Below, piece by piece: positions 38,075 through 48,712 of a stretch of DNA of 64,000 bases. The number at the start of each line of letters is the position of its first letter. Positions within the stretch are counted from its first letter, which is position 1. The stretch is from Podarcis filfolensis. Lineage: Eukaryota. The stretch lies in assembly GCA_964270895.1 (NCBI GenBank), contig OZ185439.1; one strand, 5' to 3'. A program made the translations under genes and the position numbers. A model generated the notes under the pieces. The model saw nothing but the letters and a program-made list of their open reading frames with translations, made no database searches and was not told the DNA's origin.

Positions 38075-38188
38075 TCAGAAGAGTTTGGCTTTCTTCTTCA
38101 TGTCGTTGCGTCTCCAGAGAGGTAATTTATCAAATTCCTGTATCGTCATGCCGAATATTTCTTGGAAAACCTCAGGTGCTAAGTGACG
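38075..38188 (-). CDS. ABLIM1: ABLIM1 last coding exon, villin headpiece ([37 protein letters not shown]-stop)
   Basis: tcttccttcag|CGT...TTC TGA; canonical headpiece C-terminus [16 protein letters not shown]. Confidence 0.97.
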   Translation of the reverse strand, partial: RHLAPEVFQEIFGMTIQEFDKLPLWRRNDMKKKAKLF

Positions 38189-38303
38189 CTGAAGGAAGAC
38201 AAGGAAAAGGGCAGCTATCAGTCCAAATGTTTAAACAAGAGACTTGTATCCTTTTAAAACCATTAGCCCAAACATCTGTTTGGGGAGTCTGATATTCTCT
38301 TAC

Positions 38304-38384
38304 CTCCAGCCTGGTTCTATCCACTTCTCGTAGAATTTTACTTCGCCCTCTGTTGGACACCATGAGCAGTTCATAGGGGAATAT
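38304..38384 (-). CDS. ABLIM1: ABLIM1 exon, 81 nt, villin headpiece N-part (IFPYELLMVSNRGRSKILREVDRTRLE)
   Basis: ccattaacag|ATA...GGAG|gtaaga; headpiece motif VDRTRLE. Confidence 0.97.
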
Positions 38385-38952
38385 CTGTTAATGGTATACA
38401 AGAAGCATTTATGTAGATTTAGAGCACCCCAAAAAGACACCATTAAGCTCACAAGCAGAATGCAGTCACTGTTGGCAGACAGCTTCAAGTTCGCTAAAAG
38501 GCTGCCTTAAGTATTTGAGTGTAATGTGCACTGTTTCCTTGAATCCTTTGTTCCTTAAAAAATAAATAAATCATACTTAGCAGGATGTCTATACAAGTTC
38601 ATTTTTGCACAACATCATACTAAAAATATATGTGGATTCTGCATATAATCCCATTTCATTTTCTGGATTATCCTTGATGGGGACATTGCCCATTTTGGTT
38701 TGTTCACATGAAAAATAACTACTTCATTAAGGAAGGTACAATCGTTAGGTCTGAACAAGTATCTCAATCATGTGTCTTTTCTTCCACCCTTGTCCAGTCC
38801 AGTTGAAGCTGATTTTTCACATATCCACCATAGCTAGCTACCTTTGTTCTGCTGATTCAGTGGTTTTGTGTGTTGTGGAATTTACTAAGCAATTTAATAG
38901 GTGTTTCTTGATTAGAAGGTAGTAATGGTGGACAAGTTTCTCTTATACTAGA

Positions 38953-39097
38953 CATAGAATCATAGAACTGTGGTGTTGAAAGAGACCATGAGGGTCATCT
39001 ATTTGAACCCCCTGCAATGCAGGAATCCTTTGCCAATCATGGAGCTCAAACCCATGATTAAGAGTCTTGTGCTCTACCAACTGACCTATCCCAGCTC
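38953..39097 (-). mobile_element. Short SINE with tRNA-Lys(CUU)-like head and CR1 tail
   Basis: Minus strand gtcagttggtagagcacaagactcttaatc resembles tRNA-Lys-CTT, then gattcctgcattgcaggggg...ttctatgattctatg (CR1 octamer tail). Confidence 0.8.
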
Positions 39098-41335
39098 CAT
39101 GCAGTAGAGGTTGGTCTATTCTGCTAAATGGATCACTGTCCCACCAACCTCAGTCTGTCCCCAGTCAGCACCAACTTGCCTGCCTTCTTACTTACAACTA
39201 ATACACTGGCTGTCACCTTCCTCCTCCTTAGTTTGAGTTTTGTACGTGTAGGGCAAACAGGTATAGGGACAAAACTAGAATTGGCTCGGCTTGTCATTGG
39301 CTCTAGCTCTATCTACCATTGACTCCCTTTCTACCCTACTAACCCCCAATGGACACCAGTCACCAAAGCATAAGAAAGGGATTGTTTTGTCCACACTTCT
39401 GCTTGTTCCAATGCTTTCCCCTAGGAAAACCTATTCTTTACTGCTGAATTGGAGCAAACGTCAATCAGGTTTTCCATAATGCGGAATATGGTGTACTAGT
39501 AGGAGGAAATGAAACTTCTAGTCCTTTCTAGCTCTATCAAGGTATCTAAACAAGAGTTCTTTATCTGAGCTACTGGCTGAATATGCCAATGATCAGGGCC
39601 CAATTTTCCTCTCCTTGAAGGTAGTAAGAGACTTTTGTCAATTTTTTTAAACTGTCAATAAAATGGTGGGACCTAATTGAGACAGCTAGTTGTTTTATCA
39701 GCTGCAACACCTAATGAAGATTTCAGAAGTTCAATAAAGAAGATAAAGTCATCAAACATATACCACTTAGTTTATTGTAATTATTTAAATGATGTGTACT
39801 TTATATACAGCTTGGAAGAGAATTGGTAGTGGAATATGACAATTATACAATTCACTTTACTATATAACTTTAAATACATTTTTTTAAATGCTATACAATG
39901 CAACATAAAACCAGCATACATTATTGTAACAAAATTAGCCAAAATTCCACAAACTTTGCTGAGAACTTTGAAGTCATTAATCATATTCCTATATTTTACA
40001 AAACCACAGAGTAGTGCTCTTAAGTGCTTTAAAAAATATTTTGAGTCCAAAATTGGGCAGAATTCTCAGGTTGGTTGCTTTCATGGTTGGCATCAAGCTA
40101 ACGCATCTCGTCAGTACAAGGATTTATGCTAAACCTCCCATCTCCCATAAACTTCCCATACATGGCCTCCCCAAATCTGCTTTGGAGAGTTGAGGAATCC
40201 CCTAGAAGAGATTTAGGAGCACCAGGCAAGGAGAGGCGGAAAGTTATGTTGCACAAGCATCCATTCTTGTGCTGGTGGGACAAGTTCATTGGATACAGCC
40301 CCATAGTTTTAAAGATCAACTATTATGACAGTAGTGAGGAATTTATGACCTGTGGGCCTAATCAGGTTCAGCAGGGGGTCCTGCTGCAAGGCTTTCCACC
40401 TGCCCTAACCTGATGTCACACATGACATCAGTGGTGCGCAGTGCTTTTTTTCAGCAGGAGTGTGCCAGAACTCCCCACTCACCTCTTGCCTTTACATACT
40501 TCTGAGAAGCCCAAAATGGAAGCTGTCCAACATGTGTGAGTCTACACTTTTTCTTAAGATCCATGACTCCACCTAGCTCCTAGTCGCTCCTAGCTGTGAC
40601 TGGTCAGGCTATGGGGTGGTGCCAATTCATAGTTCCTTTTCTTCAATCAACCCCTTGTGTAGCAGCAGCAGGCTTTAAGCTTTGCTGCCAGGTCTCTACC
40701 GTTGCACGTATGTGCAATTGTGCAAGGGCCTGAATATAAGAGAACGAGGGAAGTGGAGGTGCATTTATTTGACTTACACCAGAACAAGGGGAAAACCCCA
40801 AACTAGCTAGGGAGACAGTTTGCCGTCATTTTTTTAGCACCTCTGCAGGCAGTGAACATGGCTTCTATCAAGCCGGCATCTATTTAGGGCTGCCTTGAGT
40901 CACCCGGTGACTTACTGTAACAACTTCATGGTGAGTTCCAACACCTATGTTTCTTGGAAAAAACCACTGGAACTGGGGTAGGTAAAGATGTGGCTCCCTG
41001 CTGAAAGGGGTGTTTAGCAGGCACCACTGCTCAGTTACAAACTGTGCCCTGTGGGTTCTTATAACTGTGGCTGTCAGAAGCTTGGTGCTGAAAGCTTACC
41101 AGTTTCAAGTTTTACTGAACGCTGCTGTCTATTCCCCAGGAAATATTAGCTGCTCTTGCCCTGTATACATCAATGAGATATGTCCTACAATCCAAAGCAA
41201 GATAGGGCTGGCACATAAGGAGCAACATTTTGGGGGGTGAGGGGGACAGACCACAGGGCTACAAGCACAAACTACCACCATTTCATAGGCAAACCATCAC
41301 TGTCTTGAAGGAAAGTGAATAATGTCTGCACTTGC

Positions 41336-41410
41336 CTTTGGTTCCAACATGTTAGGCATAGACACTCCTCGGTCCATTCGCATTCCGGGGACATGACCAT
41401 CTGGGAGGGA
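41336..41410 (-). CDS. ABLIM1: ABLIM1 exon, 75 nt, with GC donor (SLPDGHVPGMRMDRGVSMPNMLEPK)
   Basis: tctgatacag|TCC...AAAG|gcaagt; MDRGVSMPNMLEPK motif. Confidence 0.94.
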
Positions 41411-41659
41411 CTGTATCAGATATAGGTAAACATCAGACACACAGGTTACATGCACACACACATAGAAAGGGTAAAGGCATTCAAGGTGAATATGGACATG
41501 AATTTATACTATGATCCCATGTTAGATATTTACATCAGCCAATGGAATACTATTATTATGTACTCCTTAAGCAAGTTAACAATCTGGTTTCTATGATGTC
41601 CAACAAAATCATTCCCAGTAGTAAAGATTAAGTAGCAAGTTAAGAGAATCTTTCTGGTT

Positions 41660-41785
41660 CTAAGGACCAAAGAATTGACCTACTGGATCAGACCAAAGAT
41701 CCATCAGATCCAGCATTCTGTTTCCAAGAGTGGCTAGCTAGATGCCTCTGGGAAGCAGCATTTCCCCCCAGTATCTGGTATTAAT
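41660..41785 (-). mobile_element. CR1-type LINE 3' fragment
   Basis: ctactggatcagaccaaagatccatcagatccagcattctg, same family as 2986-3167. Confidence 0.6.
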
Positions 41786-42539
41786 AAATCAGTTTGTAGG
41801 GGAGGAAGAGGAATGACGGGCAATATTGTCTCACAGAACTGACTTGTCATCTTCTATGTTACTTTTCCAGCTGTACTTTACTCTGAAGTTTTTGCTCTGT
41901 TGTAAAAAAATCTGCCCGGTAAAATGGCAAGTTCCTACCTATCCCAGGCTGGAAAAGACTTTCCACATTAATAGCATAATATACAATAAAGATTCTGTCC
42001 AGATCATCTCTTCCTAAGAATTTTACATAGAATTTAGAGTTAGGGCTGGCGTTTAGAAGAAACAACAACCCTTTTTATTGGTCAATCAATGGATCTTCAT
42101 GTCAGTGTTATATGAGGTCATTTGCTGGCTATTTCTTCCATGCCCACAACCACATACAAAGGAGGAAAGGTCAGGGAATCATATGTGGAAAATAGGAAGA
42201 TGGTATGGCTTCAGAAAGAGGAGAGTTATTGTCTGGAACCAGAGAGATCAGGAGAAACCTGATGGAGAAACAACTGCCACACGTGGCTTTCAGGTCAGTC
42301 TTCCAAAAGCTTACCAAGCAAGTCACAAAACTGGCCTATGCAAGTTATTGTGTTAGCTGTGCCCTTTTCCACAGTGATATAAGTTTACATCATTGATTAG
42401 AAATGAAACATGCAGATAAACATGTGCTAAGAAGCTCTTCCCTGTAGCGGAAATTCAGACTTGAGTCACATAGTGGATGAATTGTCGATGAAGTTGGTTA
42501 GATACTTGGTTACTTGATGGAAGAAAATCTGTACTGTAC

Positions 42540-42547
42540 CTGAAAAT
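42540..42547 (-). CDS. ABLIM1: ABLIM1 8-nt microexon ATTTTCAG (DFQ)
   Basis: The flanking exons end in phase 1 and start in phase 0, so a 3n+2 exon is required. cttttcag|ATTTTCAG|gtacag supplies it and gives DFQ where mammals have DYQ. A pyrimidine tract and CTAAT branch-like motif lie upstream. Confidence 0.88.
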
Positions 42548-42659
42548 CTGAAAAGTGATGGGGATGGGGTGGGGAGAGAAACAGCATCAGGATTAGGATG
42601 CCAAACAATACGTGTTTCATTTAATCCCCGAGCTCCTAACTTGCAGGAATCAACTAAAT

Positions 42660-42783
42660 GTTTCCCAAACCTGGGTCTCCAGCTTTTTCGGACTATAACT
42701 CCCATCATCCCTAGTTAGCAGGTCAGGGATGATGAGAACTGTAGTTGAAAAAATAGCTGGAGACCCAAGTTTGGGAAATACTG
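42660..42783. mobile_element. hAT MITE (family of 16068) with 8-bp TSD AACTAAAT
   Basis: TIR tttcccaaacYtgggtctccagct at both ends; aactaaat at 42652-42659 and 42784-42791; the left terminus appears clipped by about 4 bp. Confidence 0.8.
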
Positions 42784-43066
42784 AACTAAATGATCAGAAT
42801 CAAGCAGGCAAAAATACAGATCCATATGCATAAAATAAAATACGGTTTTAATGTACACATTCCCCTCTTTATTTTAACTTGTTCTCAGTGCTGAAGAACC
42901 AGATTCATTTGCAAGAACAAAAATGTGTACATTGCAGGGATAAGTAAGGTGCTCACCAGTCTGCTATGAGAATAGACTAACCACAAAAGCAGGCCACAAA
43001 AACTCAAGCGTATAGGTTACAGATATAGCAGCACACAAAAGAGAACCATATTTCTCATCGTGTTAC

Positions 43067-43127
43067 CTCGAGCAGCGCTGCTCACATCCCCATAGCTGTT
43101 GTATTGACCAAAGTCTGTAGAGACCGG
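43067..43127 (-). CDS. ABLIM1: ABLIM1 exon, 61 nt (PVSTDFGQYNSYGDVSSAAR)
   Basis: tcttcttctag|CCG...CGAG|gtaaca; matches remembered PVSTDFAQYNSYGDVSGGVR. Confidence 0.95.
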
Positions 43128-43340
43128 CTAGAAGAAGACACAAATGGACACGTCAACCACATTGTTGATCTGGAGGTGTCAAAAATATGCAGCATATGCA
43201 CATAAAAACAGACCACAGAAGAAGAGAAAATAGGGTAGTGGGGAAGAGATGACTGTACTGAAGCATTGGGTCTGTGAAACAGGAAACACTTGAATGAGCG
43301 GGGAGAAGTAGCAAAGATCCCAAAGAGGTGAAAAGCCACA

Positions 43341-43612
43341 GTGAGCTCCCGTTGCTCGGTCCCTACTCCTGCCAACCTAGCAGTTCAAAAGCACGTCACA
43401 GTGCAATTAGATAAATAGGTACCGCTCTGGTGGGAAGGTAAAGAGTGTTTCCGTGTGCTGCTCTGGTTCGCCAGAAGCGGCTTAGTCATGCTGGGCACAT
43501 GACCCGGAAGCTGTACGCCGGCTCCCTCAGCTAGTAAAGTGAGATGAGCGCTGCAACCCCAGAGTCGGTCACGACTGGACCTAACGGTCAGGGGTCCCCT
43601 TACCTTTACCTA
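43341..43612 (+). mobile_element. Sauria SINE, 5'-truncated, antisense to ABLIM1
   Basis: Highly similar to the reverse complement of 6682-7034; tail ttacctttacct. Confidence 0.92.
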
Positions 43613-44015
43613 AAGGGTATGGAGTAGTCAGCAATTGATCATTGTACTTTTGCTGCCAGGGGAGCAATTCTGGATTCATTAGGTCTTTACCTCAAATGCT
43701 GAAGTATCTTGGGCCAGGCCTGATTTTCCCCTCAAAGCATGTACAACCCATTCTTCAGCCAGAAAAGCTTCCACAGCAGCTTACAAATCAATAAAAATAG
43801 CAGAGTGCTTGCACTCAGGCTTACAACACAGCACAGAAGATAAAGTGATGGGAAGGAAGAGGAAAAGAAACAAACTCAAGCATCAAATTATTGATACCCA
43901 ACTGGCGGCATTAGGTTTTTCTGAATTATATTTTAAAAGTTTGGGGATGGAATTCCCCAAAAAATGTTGAAGCAAATATCATCTGATGTATTGCTTAAGA
44001 TACATGAAGAATATA

Positions 44016-44256
44016 CAGTGGAACCTCGGTTTTCGAGCGTCTTGGAAGCCAAACATTTCAGTTTTCGAATGCTGAAAACCCAGAAGTGATTGCTTCCGTT
44101 TTCGAACATGTCTCGGAAGTTGAATGGCTTCCATGGTGTGTTTTTCAATTTTCACCACTGAAACTGACATTCTCCCTTTGCACCTTGGTTGTCAAATGTT
44201 TCAGAAGTCGAACGGTCTTCTGGAACGGATTATATTCAACAACCGAGGTTCCACTG
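44016..44256. mobile_element. Complete 241-bp Tc1/mariner(pogo)-type MITE with TA TSD
   Basis: TA|cagtggaacctcggtt ... aaccgaggttccactg|TA: perfect 16-bp TIR. Confidence 0.92.
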
Positions 44257-44646
44257 TACATCAGTTTCTAATATTGCACCACTGCATAAGAATTCCCCTT
44301 GTGTTCCTTTTGTGCTACGTTGTTATTTTAAGGATTTTCAGAAATGGAGAGATAATGTAGTGTTAACTAAAGCCCAGTTGTATCTGATGCCTTCAACTAT
44401 TTTAGGATGGTTCAGAAATATGGCATACAGTACTCTGAATGTATCTATCCTTGTTTGAATGTATTGAGAGAGCAATACTTGGGAAGCTACGTGAATCTAT
44501 AATCACTTGCATTTCCTGAACTCCAGAACAGATAAAGGGTTTTAGGGCCACCTACTTTCAATCAATACCATGTGGAGACTCCATGAAATTCCTAACAGAA
44601 TAACGACACATATGACCCTGTCTTATAATAAATGTTGACTGTTTAC

Positions 44647-44711
44647 CCTATGAAGTCCATTTCTTCCATAGCCAGGAAGGGAAGAGGTTTTGGAAGCAGC
44701 TGCATGTGGAG
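44647..44711 (-). CDS. ABLIM1: ABLIM1 exon, 65 nt (SPHAAASKTSSLPGYGRNGLHR)
   Basis: ttttctgtttag|CT...TAGG|gtaaac; SLPGYGRNGLHR motif. Confidence 0.95.
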
Positions 44712-45184
44712 CTAAACAGAAAAGGGAGAAGGAAATATTAAAAATGTAACAATTTATGTTAGGACAGAAACAATAGCACACACATTCAAAAAGTCAAAGT
44801 CAGAACATTTTAGAAAACAGTTAAAAGAACCCACAAGATTTTCTCCAAAAGGAATCTTGAAATTATAAGTTTGAAGCAAACTTGGCCTTATAATATTGAA
44901 TTTAGTTTAGGAGGGTGGAGGTTCAGCATTCTGAAACGTGCAGGGGTGCTGCATGGGCTATAAAATGTTCCCTGCTGCTCATCTTCTAGAAGTTGGAAGG
45001 TGACTGAATGGTGACCGAGGGGTGATGGAACTAGCCCACTCACCCCCACCTGCTTACATTTCTGTCTTAAGGAAAGCCATTTTCAGGGGTCACAAAGCCT
45101 CCTGTCCTGTTTCTCTTCAAAACAATCGGGGTATACAATCCTCTATGTTACTTAAAATGCACTTCTTTTTTAGCCCACAGTTAG

Positions 45185-45533
45185 TAGGTAAGCACAAAAG
45201 GCTCAGTGGTTTAGACCACAGCGCCACCCGCATTGGGGTGAGTTCCTGTTGCTCTGTCCCAGCTCCTGCCAACCTAGTAGTTCGAAAGCACGCCAGTGCA
45301 AGTAGATAAATAAGTACCGCTGTGGTGGGAAGGGAAATGGCGTTTCCGTGCACTCTGGCTTCTGTCACGGTGTTCCGTTGCGCCAGAAGCGGTTTAGTCA
45401 TGCTGGCCACATGACCCGGAAAGCTGTCTGTGGACAAATGCCAGCTCCCCCAGCCTAAAAGCAAGATGAGTGCCACAACCCCACAGTCGCCTTTGACTGG
45501 ACCTAACCGTCCAGGGGTCCTTTACCTTTTACC
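45185..45533 (+). mobile_element. Sauria SINE with inverted 5' head, antisense to ABLIM1
   Basis: Body 45235-45533 is on plus; about 45185-45231 is the reverse complement of the SINE head. Confidence 0.88.
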
Positions 45534-46672
45534 ATTACTAGGAAAGCAGTTGTGCTTTTGTCACAAGTACTTCCATCTTAGAGTTTTGAAAAGTGCATGA
45601 AGGACATACAATCCAATTATACAGAATCATATACATCCTCCTATAAACAAACAGTTAAGCAGTAATTATAAAATGCAGTCTTTTCTCTGGAGTGTATCAT
45701 AGTTTGCCCATACGACCTGTCTGGTGAGCCAGTGATTCCGTTTTCTATGATCCAGCACTTTGGAATGTGCTGCCCTGCTCCCTGAGGCAATGCTGATTTC
45801 CTCTCCCAATGTGGGAAAGGCTAAAAGGCTATGAGAAGCATAAATATCAACAAGGTGTATGCCACTTTTTAAACATGATTTCCTGACCTAGCTTGTTGGC
45901 TTTTCAGGAACACTAATATTGCCGTGACCTCAGCAGTAATCTACATTTTATATGTTATTCATTTAGGCAAGTGAGCAATCATAATCTCATAAAAGATGCT
46001 TGTTGTAAAATGTGCAACTCGGTATTTGTTTTCTAAATGCTGTTGCTTTTTAAAGCTTGATGCAAATGAGGGTTGTTTTTTTAAAAAAAGAATAATCTGA
46101 ATTAGTCATTAAACTTCAGGCTCTATACAAGGCTATTTTTTTAACTTGTTTAAGTTACTGCCAACCACATCATTTTTTTTCTAATTTGAGAACTAGTTGA
46201 AGATTAATTGGAGTAAGCAACATACCGGCCAATATTTTTCTGTTTCTTTACAGACCAAAGCAAAGGAAGCTTTCCCAAGAAATCAGCACCAACAATTTTC
46301 GTACTGTTCATAAAAATTCTGATCTCATGGATCAGCAGGCTTTCAAACAACATCATTATATTTCCTCTGCAATCTGGGAATATATTTACTCCCCAGCCAT
46401 TTCCTCATTTGATTTATTTAAGATGTGCCAAGGATCTGGAATCGGGAAACCTCAATTCTTGCACAAGGCATTCTGAGAATGTATTGTGAAAAACAGCCAG
46501 CGATAAAACGGCAGACAGTGAACACAGGAGTGATAAAAATAGCTTCACATGTGCGGCACTGATCAACATCTTTTTGCAGAACCAGCAATAGAATAGATGA
46601 AAAAACTGGTTTTATTTTAGGCAGCCTAATCCATCATTTCCCATAGACCACCCATGTATGCTTTTCGCTTAC

Positions 46673-46769
46673 ATGAATTAACTGGAGAGTCATAACGGCT
46701 GCTGGGAAGTGAAGACCTTTCCTTCTCCATTTCTTCTTTTAATATCAATTGTCCCAGACCTGAGTTGAG
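46673..46769 (-). CDS. ABLIM1: ABLIM1 exon, 97 nt (LNSGLGQLILKEEMEKERSSLPSSRYDSPVNS)
   Basis: tttttgcag|CTC...TCAT|gtaagc; SGLGQLILKEEM is a dematin/ABLIM motif. The upstream intron is 94 nt. Confidence 0.96.
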
Positions 46770-46863
46770 CTGCAAAAATGGGGATTAAAAATTGTACGTA
46801 AGCTATTGAAAACATCCAGTTCAATTGGCACAGATGAGTTATTTACATCAATATCATAACCAC

Positions 46864-46955
46864 CTTCATCAGTTGTTCCTCCTGTAGCTGCCGACGTCTC
46901 TGAAGCTCCTCAAGATCTTCATCTCTGCCAGTGGATCTGCGGCGCATGTCAGAAC
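46864..46955 (-). CDS. ABLIM1: ABLIM1 exon, 92 nt (GSDMRRRSTGRDEDLEELQRRRQLQEEQLMK)
   Basis: gaagtag|GT...GAAG|gtggtt; RRRQLQEEQLMK matches ABLIM1 and is visible in ORF 46843..47073. Confidence 0.95.
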
Positions 46956-47919
46956 CTACTTCCACAAAACCACAGCACAAAGAGAGCTTCTTGCACAACT
47001 GTACACAAGGATTGACAACCATTACCCATGTCTCCTTAGGCCTGCCGAATAAAATTTGCTTGCTGAATAACAAAACTAAACTCCACTAAACACATAGCCA
47101 GACGTTCTATCAATTTTGTTTCAGAAATAGCCATTATATACTTATCTCCAGTTTAACTCTGTCACCTTCTGTGTAGAACCCAAATTTTTGTTACCTCCTA
47201 AGTGTGACATATACTGTAAATACTGTGGTTTCACTCATTTTACTAGAGGGCTATATTGAGGAAAACTGAGTGCCGACGGCCAAACTCCTGAAAATAGATA
47301 TTTGGTAAAGTCCCATCGATACAACCATTGCTTGTATCTTTCTCCTCTGTGTTGCTAACTGAGAAGCCATGGTAGAGCTAATTTGGCCCAGGGCTTCAAT
47401 TTTCTAAATAGTAATTTTGCACGTTTTAGCTAATTTTTTCAAGTGGTAGGTGAATCTCATACGCATTGTGGGCTGGATCCTGAGGCGCCAGTAGAAAAAG
47501 TTCTGGCAAAATTCTGTCCCCAAAACTTTCGTACAAAATCTAGAGGAAGACTTTGCACAACTTGGACTTGCATAAGCAAGCATCTTGAAGTTTGAGCAAA
47601 AACTTGTGTTACAGAAGTGTACCATTGGATTTCAGCTCTCACAATAAGCATCTTGTGCTATGTTCAAAATAGCCCTTATGCTTATATAAGGGGACTTCCA
47701 CTTTCTAAAGGGCACCTCTACGTCCAACTCCATTAAGTAAATTAAAACTTTGTCAGTTGTAACTACAGGGAATAATATCATAAAGAACTTGGGAATTAGG
47801 TGGGCTCTTTTAATAAAAGCTTTAGGATGAAAGAGTTGAGCAACTCCATTTCCAGTTACCAATGGGAAGCTGAGATTTGGCCTATGTTTTTGGTGATATA
47901 TGTTGTTATTACATTTATA

Positions 47920-48015
47920 ACCCACCTTTCCTCCACTGAGCTCAAAGTGGGGTACATGGTTCTTCCCCTCTGCATTTTATTCCCACAACTCTATGTATGA
48001 GGTAGGCATAGCTAA
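47920..48015 (-). mobile_element. MIR/Squam3-like SINE fragment
   Basis: cccacctttcctcca...attttattcccacaactctatgtatgaggtagg. Confidence 0.5.
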
Positions 48016-48599
48016 AGTTTTAGAATTTCTTTTTCTCTCTCTCTCTTGCACTCTCCGCAGGTTCACCAAGGAGAGGTATATAATATACTATTGCAAGAAA
48101 ACAACAAAAGCCCTGAATCAATGGTTAAGGACTTTTTTAAAGTTTTGAAAAGATCTAAGAAAGAATCAAGAATAGTGGTTGGATAAACATTTGGTCTTGA
48201 ATCTAGAAACCCTGGACATTATTTCAGGCTGTAATCATATACACATGGGTTTAAGTCTCACTGAACTCAGTGGGACTTATTTCTGAGCAGAATGGCTAAG
48301 ACTGTGCTATGAAGTTTTTCTTCTTCTGTGAAACATACATAATATTGACCCAGCTTACAAGGCTGTTGTGTAAAGCACTCTGCCAATCAGAAGAACTACA
48401 TTTAAGATAAATAACATTTCAGGTTCCACAGTAAGTAAAACCTAAAATAAAGTATTAACCCAAGCATATTAATTCAGTTATTTTGCAAAGACTGCAATGA
48501 TTATGGATTTTTAAAATAGGGAAACACTGGAAATGTGAATAGGAAGGGTAAGATATGCAAGCAAAATGGACATGGGGACAATGGTGTATAAAGCAGATG

Positions 48600-48712
48600 T
48601 GGTGAACCATTGGCTCTCCAGGTGTTGCTCCCAACATCCTTGGCCAGTGGCCATGCTGCTGATGGCAGTTGTAGTTTAGTAACATCTGGAGACCCAAAGG
48701 TTCCCCACACCT
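48600..48712. mobile_element. hAT MITE (family of 16068), degenerate
   Basis: gttgtagtttagtaacatctggagacccaaaggttccccacacct; further relics at about 3745-3810, 6590-6670, 15037-15130, 52310-52400 and 59560-59615. Confidence 0.55.

Noticed and set aside
39030-39097. tRNA-Lys gene
   Set aside because: Deletion in the anticodon/variable region, broken acceptor stem and fusion to a CR1 tail make it a SINE head.
40439-40969. Single 530-bp hAT element with cagtgctttttt / aaaaaaccactg ends
   Set aside because: The ends resemble the 13457 family but there is no TSD; they may be two unrelated fragments.
46700-46730. Apparent 3-aa deletion relative to human (EKERSS versus EKESRERSS)
   Set aside because: Depends on a remembered sequence and is ordinary divergence in a linker.
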